From the NCBI RefSeq assembly GCF_050613355.1, contig NZ_CP159618.1, positions 3,033,671 to 3,065,670 of the forward strand: DNA of 32,000 nucleotides. The letters are read 5' to 3'. The stretch comes from Plantibacter sp. RU18. Lineage in GTDB: Bacteria > Actinomycetota > Actinomycetes > Actinomycetales > Microbacteriaceae. Shown here piece after piece: positions 9,247 through 17,202 of this stretch. A model generated the notes under the pieces. That model worked only from the letters and a program-made list of their open reading frames with translations, did not search any database and was not told the origin of the DNA. Within the stretch, counting starts at the first letter, position 1, and each line of letters begins with the position of its first letter. A program made the position numbers and the translations under genes.

Positions 9247-11415
9247 ATGGAAGCGGTGACCGGGGAACGCACGCAGGCAGGGCAGGGAGTCCGATCGAAT
9301 CGCTCGATCGGACGCGTCGCGCTCGCCGGAACCGCTCTGGTCGTCGGACTGGTGTGGTCGCTGACGCTCAGCACGCCCGCTGCAGCCCAGTCGCAACCGG
9401 TCCCGACGCCGAGCGAGAGCGCGACGACTCCGCCTCCTCCGGACGGCCCCACGATCACGAGTCCGACATCCGGATCGTTCATCGGCAGCGGGTCGACGAC
9501 GGTCAGTGGAACAAAGGACGCCGGCACCGGTGTCCAGGTGAAACTCGGAACGGGCCTCGAGCCCGTGTGCATCCTGCCGCAGGATGACACGACCGGATGG
9601 TCCTGCGACGTCGATCTTCCCGACGGCGGCGGGCTCGCCATCACCGCCGTGGAGGTCGGCGGCGCCCAGACCCTCACGGCACAGGTCTCGGTCTCCGCAC
9701 TCGGTCCGCCGACGATCGCCGCGGGCGCCCCCAGCAACGGCGGCGTGCGCGGCACCGCGTACCCCGGTGCGACCGTGACCGTCCGCGCCGACTCCGGCGC
9801 AAGCTGCAGTTTCACGGCCGACGGTTCCGGGAGCTGGTTCTGCGTGCTCGGCGAACCGTTGGCCTCCGGATCAGTCGAGGTCACGGCGACGCAACAGGCC
9901 TCGTTCACCGGCGGCGAGCGGTCAGACCCGTCGAGTCCCGTCTCCCTGGCGATCGACCGGGACGCTCCGGTCCCTCCGGTCCTCTCGTCGCCCGTCGCAG
10001 GCCAGGCCATGCCGCTCACGGCCGGGACGTACGCCGGAACCGGCGAGGAGGGCGCGACGGTCACCGTCTTCGCCGACTCGACCTCGGTGTGCGTCGCGAC
10101 CGTGGTCGGCGGCTCATGGACCTGCTCAGGCGCCGGCGTCCCGGTCGGCACGCACGCCGTACTCGCGATCCAGCAGGACGCCGCAGGAAACACGAGTGGC
10201 GCGAGCACACCGCTGAGCCTCGTCTACGGCGACGCGACGGCTGCACCCGCTACCCCGAGCCCGTCTGCCTCGCCGTCACCGTCGAACGGTGCTGTCCCGC
10301 CACCTGCCCCTGGAACGCAACCGCCCGGTAGCCAACAGCCGACACCGTCGCAGACTGACGACCCGGAACCGGGAGCGGCGCCGCCCGGCGGGGGCGGGCT
10401 CTGGTCCGGCTCGACGCCGTTCTCGCAGACGCTCGCCTCCGTGATCGACGGACGCGGACAACCGGTCTGGTGGATCGCCGCGCTCTTGGCGCTCATGGCC
10501 GTCGCGCTCATCGCGATCCCCGCCCGGCTCCTGGCCTCGACCCTCGCCCCATGGCGAGCGGTGCTCGCGGAACGTCGACGCTCCGCACTGACAGGACGCA
10601 ATCGTCCACGCTCGGAGTTCGACCGTGCACCCTCCGTTCCAGCGCCCAGCCGGGCCGCCGTCGGCGTCATCACGATCGCCGCTTCGGCCGGCATCATCAT
10701 CTTCGCGCAGCCTGTCAGCGGGCAACCCGCCTACCTGCGCCTCCTCATCGCCTCGCTCATCGCTGTGCTGGCGATCAATGCGGCGGCGCTCCTCGCCCAA
10801 CTCCTCGTCGCTCGCCACGAGGGTCTCGGCGCGATGCGGATCGTCGTCCGGCCGAGCGGCCTCATCGCGACCGGCTTCGTCACCGCAGCCTCCCGGCTCT
10901 TCGCGCTGCAGCCCGCACTCCTGTTCGCCCTCGTTGCCGAGCTCCGTCAGGCGGAACCGCACGGCGGCAGCACGGAGACGCAGCCGTCCGCCCCTGTCTC
11001 AAGACGGTCGGCGGGACGCCTCGCGCTCGCGCGCATCGCAGCTGCCGCAGCGCTCGGAGCGCTCGCGTGGTCCGTCTCTGCACTGGCCGGCGAGCCGAGC
11101 GGTGGAGTCGGAGCCCTGCTGGTGGAGACAGTGAACCTGACGGCGATCGCCGGCATCGGTTCAGCGTCGATCGCGCTCCTGCCCATCGGCCCGCTCGGCG
11201 GGCGGACGGTGCTCGACTGGTCGAGACCCGTCTGGCTCGCCAGCGCGCTTGTCGGATTCACCCTGCTCTTCGGCCTGCTCGGTCCCACGGCGACCATCCC
11301 GGGCGCCACCGACACCCTGATCGGGCTCCTCCTCGGAGCACTGGCTTTCGCCGCCGTCGTCTCTGGTGCGTGGGCCTGGGTTCGACACGTACGACCGCTG
11401 ATCGACGCCCACTGA
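9247..11415 (+). CDS. Secreted/membrane protein: signal peptide, three Ig-like Cys-pair repeats, P/S/T-rich linker, C-terminal polytopic domain with degenerate M50 (S2P) motifs
   Basis: This is the in-frame part of track ORF 8920..11415. The signal peptide is VALAGTALVVGLVWSLTLSTPAAAQ. There are three repeats of about 85 aa, each with two Cys. At least 6 hydrophobic helices follow. The start is ambiguous (ATG 9205, ATG 9247 or GTG 9256). The 8920-9200 portion is antisense to TetR and is not coding. Confidence 0.7.
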   Translation: MEAVTGERTQAGQGVRSNRSIGRVALAGTALVVGLVWSLTLSTPAAAQSQPVPTPSESATTPPPPDGPTITSPTSGSFIGSGSTTVSGTKDAGTGVQVKLGTGLEPVCILPQDDTTGWSCDVDLPDGGGLAITAVEVGGAQTLTAQVSVSALGPPTIAAGAPSNGGVRGTAYPGATVTVRADSGASCSFTADGSGSWFCVLGEPLASGSVEVTATQQASFTGGERSDPSSPVSLAIDRDAPVPPVLSSPVAGQAMPLTAGTYAGTGEEGATVTVFADSTSVCVATVVGGSWTCSGAGVPVGTHAVLAIQQDAAGNTSGASTPLSLVYGDATAAPATPSPSASPSPSNGAVPPPAPGTQPPGSQQPTPSQTDDPEPGAAPPGGGGLWSGSTPFSQTLASVIDGRGQPVWWIAALLALMAVALIAIPARLLASTLAPWRAVLAERRRSALTGRNRPRSEFDRAPSVPAPSRAAVGVITIAASAGIIIFAQPVSGQPAYLRLLIASLIAVLAINAAALLAQLLVARHEGLGAMRIVVRPSGLIATGFVTAASRLFALQPALLFALVAELRQAEPHGGSTETQPSAPVSRRSAGRLALARIAAAAALGALAWSVSALAGEPSGGVGALLVETVNLTAIAGIGSASIALLPIGPLGGRTVLDWSRPVWLASALVGFTLLFGLLGPTATIPGATDTLIGLLLGALAFAAVVSGAWAWVRHVRPLIDAH

Positions 11416-11463
11416 GCGTCGTGCGGCGGCTCGCGAAGCGGTCGTCTCCGGGAAGGGTCCCGC

Positions 11464-11775
11464 TCAGCCTGCGTCGGTAGCCCGCTGGACGGGCAGACCG
11501 CTCGCAGACCACTCGAGGATGCCGCCGGTGATGTTGACCGCGTCGTAGCCCTCCTGCTCGAGGTAGCCCGTGACCCGGGCACTGCGTCCACCGGAGTGGC
11601 AGAGCACGTAGACCGTCTCCTCCCGCGGTACCTCGTCGAGGTGGTCGAGGAAGGAGGACATCGGTAGGTGGCGCGCACCGGGCACGCTTGCGACGGCGAC
11701 CTCGTCGGCTTCACGGACGTCGATGATGACGGCCTGGTCGAGCTTGCTCAGTTCGGTTGGGGTGATCTCCTGCAC
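11464..11775 (-). CDS. Rhodanese-like domain protein (single-domain sulfurtransferase)
   Basis: 103 aa. Active-site loop CHSGGRS, with ViIDVRE and GGIleW motifs. GTG start. Confidence 0.88.
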   Translation of the reverse strand: MQEITPTELSKLDQAVIIDVREADEVAVASVPGARHLPMSSFLDHLDEVPREETVYVLCHSGGRSARVTGYLEQEGYDAVNITGGILEWSASGLPVQRATDAG

Positions 11776-11830
11776 GGCTTCAGCCTACCCTCGCACCCTC
11801 GACCGTCGGCGCGCCTGTCGGCGGAAAGGC

Positions 11831-11865
11831 GTGAGGGCGAGGTAACCCGAATACCTCGCCCTCAC
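11831..11865 (-). terminator. Strong hairpin, possible terminator downstream of the glutamate decarboxylase gene
   Basis: Perfect 14-bp stem GTGAGGGCGAGGTA / TACCTCGCCCTCAC with a 7-nt loop. On the minus strand it is followed by GCCTTTCC. It lies about 260 nt after the gad stop, so the assignment is uncertain. Confidence 0.45.
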
Positions 11866-12127
11866 TTGAGGCGTCTAGCAACCGATCGACCAAGAAGCTT
11901 GCGGCTTCCGGGACCGGCTCACGGGTGACGCCCCCACATCGAAGGTAGCGGACTCCGGACACGTTGCGTGACGCGTCGCCGCCGTGTCGCCGGACGACGG
12001 GCGGGAAACCTGCGCCCCGTTCGAGGGACAGCGCGCTTCCGGTCGCCGACAACGATGTCGACGCAGCGAACCGGCGCGGATCTCCTCCGCGCCGCACTCC
12101 CGCTGCGTCTGCCGAGGGAAACCCTGA

Positions 12128-13504
12128 TCAGTGATGGAAGGCCGGCGGCGTGGGCTGCGTCGGCATCGGCGACGCAATGGCGTCGAGTGCAGCGGTCTCG
12201 GTCAGGATGTCGGCCAGCAGGTCCTGCGCGAGTTCCAGGCTCAAACCGTTCCGGACGACGATGCGTTGCACGACCAGGTCGCCCAGATCGTCGGGCATGG
12301 GGTAGGCGGGCACCAGCCAGCCCTTCATCCGCAGCCGGTCCGAGAGGTCGTAGAGCGTCCAGTTCTTCGTGTGGCCGTCCCGTTGTCGCCATGCGAACAC
12401 GGGGATGTCGGTTCCGTCGTTCCAGAGTTCGAACGCCTCGATCGCAGCGATGCCGGCCGAGAGGTAGGTCGCGGCCTCCTGGAGCGCACGTTGCATCTTC
12501 GTGAAGCCGTCGATGCCGAGGCGGAGGAACAGGTAATACTGCAACACCACCTGCGCACCGGGCCGGGAGAAGTTGAGGGCGAAACTCGGCATGCTGCCGC
12601 CGAGGTAGTTGACGTCGAAGACGAGATCAGCCGGCAGGAGTGAGCGCTCTCGCCAGACCACCCAACCGACCCCCGGGTACACGCCGCCGTACTTGTGGCC
12701 GGAGGTGTTGATCGAGTGCACCCGATCGAGCTGGAAGTCCCAGGTCAGCTCGGGCTGCAGGAACGGCGCCACCATGCCGCCCGAGGCTCCATCGACGTGG
12801 ATCGGGATGTCGAGGCCCGTCGCCGCCTGGATCGCGTCGAGTGCGGCCGCGATCTCGGCGACCGGTTCATACATGCCCGTGTACGTCACGCCCATGATGG
12901 CGATCACACCGATGGTGTTCTCGTCGACATGGTTCGCGAGGTCGTGTCCGTCGAGCGTCTTGTGGTCCTCGCTGATCGGGACGAGGCGCGCTTCGACGTC
13001 CCAGTAGTTGCAGAACTTCTCCCAGCACACCTGGACGGCCGAACTCATGACGAGGTTCGGCCGGTCCGTGCTCTTGCCCGCGGCCCGTCTCGCATGCTGC
13101 CAGCGACGCTTGAGCGCGAGACCGCCGAGCATCGCACCCTCCGACGATCCGATCGTGGAGGTGCCGATCGCCTGCTCGGCGTCCGGCACGTGCCAGAGGT
13201 TGGCGAGGATCTTCCAGCACCGCTCTTCGATGGCCGCCGTGCGCGGGTACTCGTCCTTGTCGACCATGTTCTTGTCGTACGACTCGGCGTACAGCCTGTC
13301 GGCGTGCTCGTCCATCCACGTACCGACGAACGTCGCGAGGTTCAGTCTCGCGTTGCCGTCGAGCATCGTCTCATCATGCACCAGCTGGTACGCCGTCTCC
13401 GGCAGCACGGATCCCTGAGCCAGCTCGTGATGAGACCCGATCGCGCGCTCCGCCGCTCGGGAGAATAGTGGATCCAGTTCGTCGTCCGCATCGATCCTGG
13501 TCAT
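12128..13504 (-). CDS. gadB: Glutamate decarboxylase (PLP-dependent)
   Basis: LDGNARLNLATFVGTWMD, NMVDKDEYPRTAAIEERC and the PLP-lysine motif SINTSGHKYG match GadA/B-type enzymes. ATG at 13504 has GGGGA upstream; the track start at 13588 is likely too long. Confidence 0.88.
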   Translation of the reverse strand: MTRIDADDELDPLFSRAAERAIGSHHELAQGSVLPETAYQLVHDETMLDGNARLNLATFVGTWMDEHADRLYAESYDKNMVDKDEYPRTAAIEERCWKILANLWHVPDAEQAIGTSTIGSSEGAMLGGLALKRRWQHARRAAGKSTDRPNLVMSSAVQVCWEKFCNYWDVEARLVPISEDHKTLDGHDLANHVDENTIGVIAIMGVTYTGMYEPVAEIAAALDAIQAATGLDIPIHVDGASGGMVAPFLQPELTWDFQLDRVHSINTSGHKYGGVYPGVGWVVWRERSLLPADLVFDVNYLGGSMPSFALNFSRPGAQVVLQYYLFLRLGIDGFTKMQRALQEAATYLSAGIAAIEAFELWNDGTDIPVFAWRQRDGHTKNWTLYDLSDRLRMKGWLVPAYPMPDDLGDLVVQRIVVRNGLSLELAQDLLADILTETAALDAIASPMPTQPTPPAFHH

Positions 13505-13597
13505 CGAGTCCCCGTTCCCCGACGGCGACATGCCGCCCTGGTCTCGGACTCTAGCGGCTGGCCGCCGCGCCGCGCAGCGATCCGGCATGCTTCTGCA

Positions 13598-13621
13598 GTA
13601 CCCCCGGTGGGGTTCGAACCC
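13598..13621 (-). repeat. att-type direct repeat: orphan copy of the last 24 nt of the tRNA at 18821-18894
   Basis: gtacccccggtggggttcgaaccc is identical to 18820-18843. Flanking sequence does not fold into a tRNA: there is no 5' acceptor strand and the T-stem is broken. Confidence 0.85.
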
Positions 13622-13775
13622 GTTGGACGCACCAGCCAGAGCGGCGAAGCTGTCTAAGATCCCCTAGATGACGGCAGTATGCGCTCACACGGACCGGGCT
13701 CAATCACCGCATCTCAACGTCAAGTGTTGTCAGTTCGTTGTCACGCGGACTCCAGCGTCCGCTCCGCTCTAAGAA

Positions 13776-14237
13776 ATGCTCGGCCATCATTTCGCAGCAG
13801 CGCCCGATGCGGGCGAGGCGTCGATGGACGAGAATACGTGGATGGACGAGATGGTGGAGAACCGACGACCGGCCTCCTGGTGGATGCTGCTCACGATCGG
13901 GCTTGCCTCGGTTGTGGCGATGGGGGTACTCGCGTTCCTCCCGTCGACCGTGCACGAGCGGGTCGTCGGCGGTGACCATCCGGGGTACGCCACCGTGTGC
14001 TCGTCAGTGGTGGTCGCGGGGTGGCCGCGCGACATCGGTGACGTCGACGACCGGCTTGCCGCCCGCGGGATCCTGTCGACCGACACGTCGGAACCGCCGT
14101 ACGACATCTGCGCGAACCGGCGCTCGCTCTCCGCAGCTGGAATGGCCGTGTTCGCCGTGCCCTCGAGCGTGCTGCTCTTTCTCGCCGCCGGCTCCGCGCT
14201 CCCCGCCGCCCGCCTGCGTCTGCGCCGCGAGCGGTGA
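13776..14237 (+). CDS. Hypothetical two-TM membrane protein (island cargo)
   Basis: 153-aa ORF; the likelier start is ATG 13824 (MDENTWMDEM). Helices: WWMLLTIGLASVVAMGVLAFL and AAGMAVFAVPSSVLLFLAAGSAL. The stop codon directly abuts the tRNA fragment at 14241. Confidence 0.5.
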   Translation: MLGHHFAAAPDAGEASMDENTWMDEMVENRRPASWWMLLTIGLASVVAMGVLAFLPSTVHERVVGGDHPGYATVCSSVVVAGWPRDIGDVDDRLAARGILSTDTSEPPYDICANRRSLSAAGMAVFAVPSSVLLFLAAGSALPAARLRLRRER

Positions 14238-14240
14238 CTC

Positions 14241-14276
14241 CGCGGGTCGTGGGTTCGAGCCCCACCGAGCCCACCA
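14241..14276 (+). other. Orphan tRNA 3' fragment (T-arm + acceptor 3' strand + encoded CCA), a relic att-like site
   Basis: GTGGG-TTCGAGC-CCCAC-CGAGCCC-A-CCA read at 14249-14276. No matching 5' acceptor strand (GGGCTCG) lies upstream. It differs from the tRNA at 18821-18894. Confidence 0.6.
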
Positions 14277-14372
14277 CATCCCCGTGATTCCGGGGCTGAC
14301 AGGCACCTGCGGCAAACGGACCTCGCCTCCATCCACCGGAAACCCCGCACAATCGACGCGCGAGGGTCGACT

Positions 14373-14759
14373 TCAGGCATCATCGTCCAGCAACTCTGCT
14401 TCTAGCGCATGATGGTCGCCATCAATGAATGCGATCGAGTCGGCGTCATGCTTCGGCGGTTCTCGGTCGTCCGGCAACCACGTCGGAGCGATAAGAAAGG
14501 GAATGCCGGGGCCGCACAGCACCTTCGCTACCACTTCCCGCTCGTCCTGGTAGCCCGCCACCGGCCACAAGGCAGAGCGGCCGACACGCACGAAGTCCGT
14601 GATCGCGTCAGCCAGAGTGTCAGCGAGCTGATCAGAGATAGCGAAGACTTGCCCGGCATAGTGAAGGTGCTTCATGGCCGACACTCTACGCACGGTGACT
14701 CTCGAGCCACTAGCACGCGTGGTAACTCCGGAGGCACCGACCGCTGCATCGAGTTCCAT
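14373..14759 (-). CDS. Hypothetical protein (island cargo), acidic C-terminus
   Basis: Open frame 14373..14855. ATG 14759 has AGGGG 7 nt upstream; ATG 14675 (MKHLHYAGQVF) is an alternative start. No family recognised. Confidence 0.45.
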   Translation of the reverse strand: MELDAAVGASGVTTRASGSRVTVRRVSAMKHLHYAGQVFAISDQLADTLADAITDFVRVGRSALWPVAGYQDEREVVAKVLCGPGIPFLIAPTWLPDDREPPKHDADSIAFIDGDHHALEAELLDDDA

Positions 14760-14910
14760 CTGATGGCCCCTGGCATGACGAGACGCCCGATCAGATGCCA
14801 GCTCGGAGCCCAGCGCCGGCGCGCGGATTGAACGGCCTCGCCATTTCGAGAACATCGTCGACTCACGTCGATATCGCCAGGGTCTCGCTGCCAGAGGACA
14901 TCAGGCGGAG

Positions 14911-15186
14911 TTAGTCCAGCGGAGCCTTCAACCAGGCGGCCGCAGTTCCGACGCGGAGTGCGGCCCAGGCCTTGCCCGTGATATCCACAACGAACAGGGC
15001 GTCGGACGAATCGGTCAGGGCCTTGATTTCATCACGAATCGTCGTCGCCGTCTTCGTGCTTTTCACGATCCAGACGCTCTCCAGCGGGCGGGTGTTGGCG
15101 AATCCGTTGAGATAGTCGTAGACGGGCTCGTAGTCGCGACCGGGGGATTTCAGGTCATAAGAGATGCGGTACTTCCGGGTCGTCAT
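14911..15186 (-). CDS. Small hypothetical protein with a ferredoxin-like beta-alpha-beta pattern reminiscent of Cas2/VapD-type proteins
   Basis: 91 aa, MTTRKYRISYDLKSPGRDYEPVYDYLNGF..RPLESVWIVKS..TIRDEIKALT..DALFVVDITG. The pattern YxxSYDL...Y..v...L....r.leSvW resembles the Cas2 layout. This is pattern recognition only. Confidence 0.55.
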   Translation of the reverse strand: MTTRKYRISYDLKSPGRDYEPVYDYLNGFANTRPLESVWIVKSTKTATTIRDEIKALTDSSDALFVVDITGKAWAALRVGTAAAWLKAPLD

Positions 15187-15312
15187 TCGGGTTCCGATCT
15201 GGTCGCGAGTGCACGGATTCCCGTGTCTGTCCCATCATCCTGAGCTGGCGTTCAAATGCGGCAGGGGGCTATCCCTGCACCGCACGGCCTGCCGTCTCGA
15301 TACGCTGCGGAC

Positions 15313-15759
15313 ATGAGTTCCGACGACATCTCCAACCTGATCCAGACCCTCGCGGTCCTCGCCGCTGTCGGGGCTGCGATCGTCGCCCTCGTCATCTCCG
15401 CGAAGGACCGCCGGAACGCCCGGCAGATCGCAGCTGACGACCGCAGGGAAGCGCTCCGACAGGCGCATCTATTGTTCGAGCTCGAGCACCTGGTGCGGCT
15501 GTCTCAGAACAACAACCGAGGCGGATCCACGGATCCGATCGAGCGTAAGCAGCTCGGCGCCGAAGCCCTCACGATGATCGGCGCGCTCGGCGAGACTCGG
15601 GTGCCTTCGCAGTGGAACCGACGTGTGGGCAACGACGAGAAGCTCCAGGCTGCGATGACGGATGCCGCGATGCCGGAGTTCAAGAAGGACGCGCTGGAAA
15701 CTCAGCTAGCGGTGAACGCCGTCCTCCGCGAGATCCGCGCTTCGATCGGCCGAGAATAG
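15313..15759 (+). CDS. Hypothetical N-terminally membrane-anchored helical protein (island cargo)
   Basis: In-frame ATG of track ORF 15256..15759 (MSSDDISNLIQTLAVLAAVGAAIVALVISA = TM anchor). The rest is predicted helical. It is divergent from the 14911..15186 gene. Confidence 0.55.
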   Translation: MSSDDISNLIQTLAVLAAVGAAIVALVISAKDRRNARQIAADDRREALRQAHLLFELEHLVRLSQNNNRGGSTDPIERKQLGAEALTMIGALGETRVPSQWNRRVGNDEKLQAAMTDAAMPEFKKDALETQLAVNAVLREIRASIGRE

Positions 15760-15797
15760 GCGTCCTTGCCACCGCCTGAACCAACTAGGTTTCGCTC

Positions 15798-16649
15798 ATG
15801 ACCGAAGGCCTTCCACTGCAGTACGAGTTGTCGTTCTCTCTCGGCGAGATCGTGCGCAACGACAAGTGGGCCGAGAATGAGATGAAGAATCTGTGGATGC
15901 GCCTCGCTCAGTCCGGCCTCGCCGAGGGTGCGCCGCAGCGCGACTTCGCGCGCGTAACGAAGGACGCGCGTCGGATGCTCAACCTAGAATCGGTCCCGTC
16001 TGCATTCCGCGCGCTGGCCCTGCCGTCGCTGGAGGCGGCCCATCGGGCGCATCAGCGCCGGCGCGAGTACGTGCACCAGACCCTCATCCAGCCGGCGTGG
16101 GCACAGGGACAGCTTCGTCCCGCGATCGGCAGCAAGCCAGCGATCCACATGTCGGACCTGGTGAAGTGCGCGGAGGATCTACGCGTGGCGATGTGGCGCC
16201 TGCGCGGACTGGGGATCATCGCACCCTGTTACTCTGCGCTGTGCCATGAAGTCATCCTCGCAGCTGGGCACGAACCGAAGGTGCAACATCTCCGCACTCT
16301 TCGCCGTAGGAGCAGTTGTCGGACTAGCCATCGCAACATTCCTCCTACCAGGAGGCCTGGCCGCGTCGGCTACGCTGGGTATCGCAGCACTCGAGACCAT
16401 TGGCTACATCCTCGGAGTCGCTGGGACCGTTTATTCGGTGGGCTCGGCACTAAATACCTGCATGGAGGAATGGTGAAGTTCTTCGACTCCGTAGGTTTCC
16501 TCACGCTGGCGCTCCTTGTGTTTCTCGGCCTGTTCTTCTCCTTCCTGTTCTTCAATGAGGACTTGATCGCGAAGCTCTTTGTCTGCGCTTTCTCGGGTAT
16601 CTTCGCTGCCGTCGTACTGATACGCCTCCTCCAGCTGACGCGGAAATGA
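15798..16649 (+). CDS. Hypothetical ORF (283 aa); N-terminal soluble part plausible, central part doubtful, C-terminal 59 aa is a 2-TM module with its own ATG at 16470
   Basis: No stop in this frame from 15798 to 16649. Residues from about 150 to 224 are R-rich and junk-like, and are overlapped by a better-looking alternative-frame ORF. The last 59 aa (MVKFFDSVGFLTLALLVFLGLFFSFLFF...FSGIFAAVVLIRLL) are strongly hydrophobic. Confidence 0.45.
   Translation: MTEGLPLQYELSFSLGEIVRNDKWAENEMKNLWMRLAQSGLAEGAPQRDFARVTKDARRMLNLESVPSAFRALALPSLEAAHRAHQRRREYVHQTLIQPAWAQGQLRPAIGSKPAIHMSDLVKCAEDLRVAMWRLRGLGIIAPCYSALCHEVILAAGHEPKVQHLRTLRRRSSCRTSHRNIPPTRRPGRVGYAGYRSTRDHWLHPRSRWDRLFGGLGTKYLHGGMVKFFDSVGFLTLALLVFLGLFFSFLFFNEDLIAKLFVCAFSGIFAAVVLIRLLQLTRK
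16246..16476 (+). CDS. Small two-TM membrane protein (76 aa), alternative frame inside ORF 15798..16649
   Basis: ISALFAVGAVVGLAIATFLL and LGIAALETIGYILGVAGTVYSVG are clean helices with small-xxx-small motifs. By hand tally, third-position G+C is higher in this frame than in the 283-aa frame over the same bases. The stop overlaps the ATG at 16470 (ATGGTGA). Confidence 0.45.
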   Translation: MKSSSQLGTNRRCNISALFAVGAVVGLAIATFLLPGGLAASATLGIAALETIGYILGVAGTVYSVGSALNTCMEEW

Positions 16650-16701
16650 CCCGCTCAGGCGGCTGAAGGGCAGCTCCCAGCCAGGATAAAACTACGAAAC
16701 A

Positions 16702-16741
16702 GCCCCTCCCGAGCCCACCCGAAGGTGAGCCCGAGAGGGGC
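16702..16741. terminator. Hairpin between convergent island genes (possible bidirectional terminator)
   Basis: 13-bp stem with 2 mismatches, GCCCCTCCCGAGC / GCCCGAGAGGGGC, and a 14-nt loop holding a CACC/GGTG mini-stem. It lies between the stops at 16649 (+) and 16748 (-). Confidence 0.45.
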
Positions 16742-16747
16742 TTCGTG

Positions 16748-17146
16748 TTAGATCACGTTCCAGTAGGTGCCGTCGCAGATCAGGTGCAGTGAAGCACCAG
16801 CCGCGACCGTGATAGATGCGGCAGCTGACGTGTCGAAGATGTCGTTGCCGCCGGCATTGCTGTTGATCGTGAGGGTCGCGGTCCCCCGGTTCTTGAAGGT
16901 CAGGTCTGCGCCGGCCGCTGCGTTCCCCACGGTCGGGAGCGTCCAGGTCGCCGCGGCTGTGCCAGTGAACACGAAGAAGTCCGCCATGCCGAGGTTGAAC
17001 CCCGACGTCGGCGGTGCCGCGAGCGCGTTCGTGACGGTCATCTTCCGGTTCGAACGTCTCGACGCCGATTGGACCGACTTGTTGTTGGCTGCTCGGAGTC
17101 GGACATGTCGCGTTGCGTTCGCCACGATGGTGAAGATGGTCCCCAT
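16748..17146 (-). CDS. Hypothetical beta-rich protein, paralog of the fragment at 17535-18060 (phage tail-fibre-tip-like pattern, speculative)
   Basis: Open frame to 17179. ATG 17146 has GAGG 5 nt upstream. The similarity to the neighbouring fragment extends upstream of the internal Met at 17041, so the longer start is preferred. It ends in ...LHLICDGTYWNVI. Confidence 0.55.
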   Translation of the reverse strand: MGTIFTIVANATRHVRLRAANNKSVQSASRRSNRKMTVTNALAAPPTSGFNLGMADFFVFTGTAAATWTLPTVGNAAAGADLTFKNRGTATLTINSNAGGNDIFDTSAAASITVAAGASLHLICDGTYWNVI

Positions 17147-17202
17147 ACTGACCTCGGGCACCCGACTTGGGAGCTCACCCTAGAACAGGAATTGAGCACA
17201 GC

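Noticed and set aside
11780-12392. Track ORFs in the gad-rhodanese spacer (105 aa, 100 aa, 157 aa, 178 aa)
   Set aside because: They are R/P/G-rich translations with no motifs, no plausible ribosome-binding sites, and mutual overlaps. I treated the region as non-coding.
17045-17055. A possible third att copy (ccggttcgaacg)
   Set aside because: It shares only about 9 nt (ggttcgaac) with the 24-bp repeat and lies inside a coding frame. This is consistent with chance.
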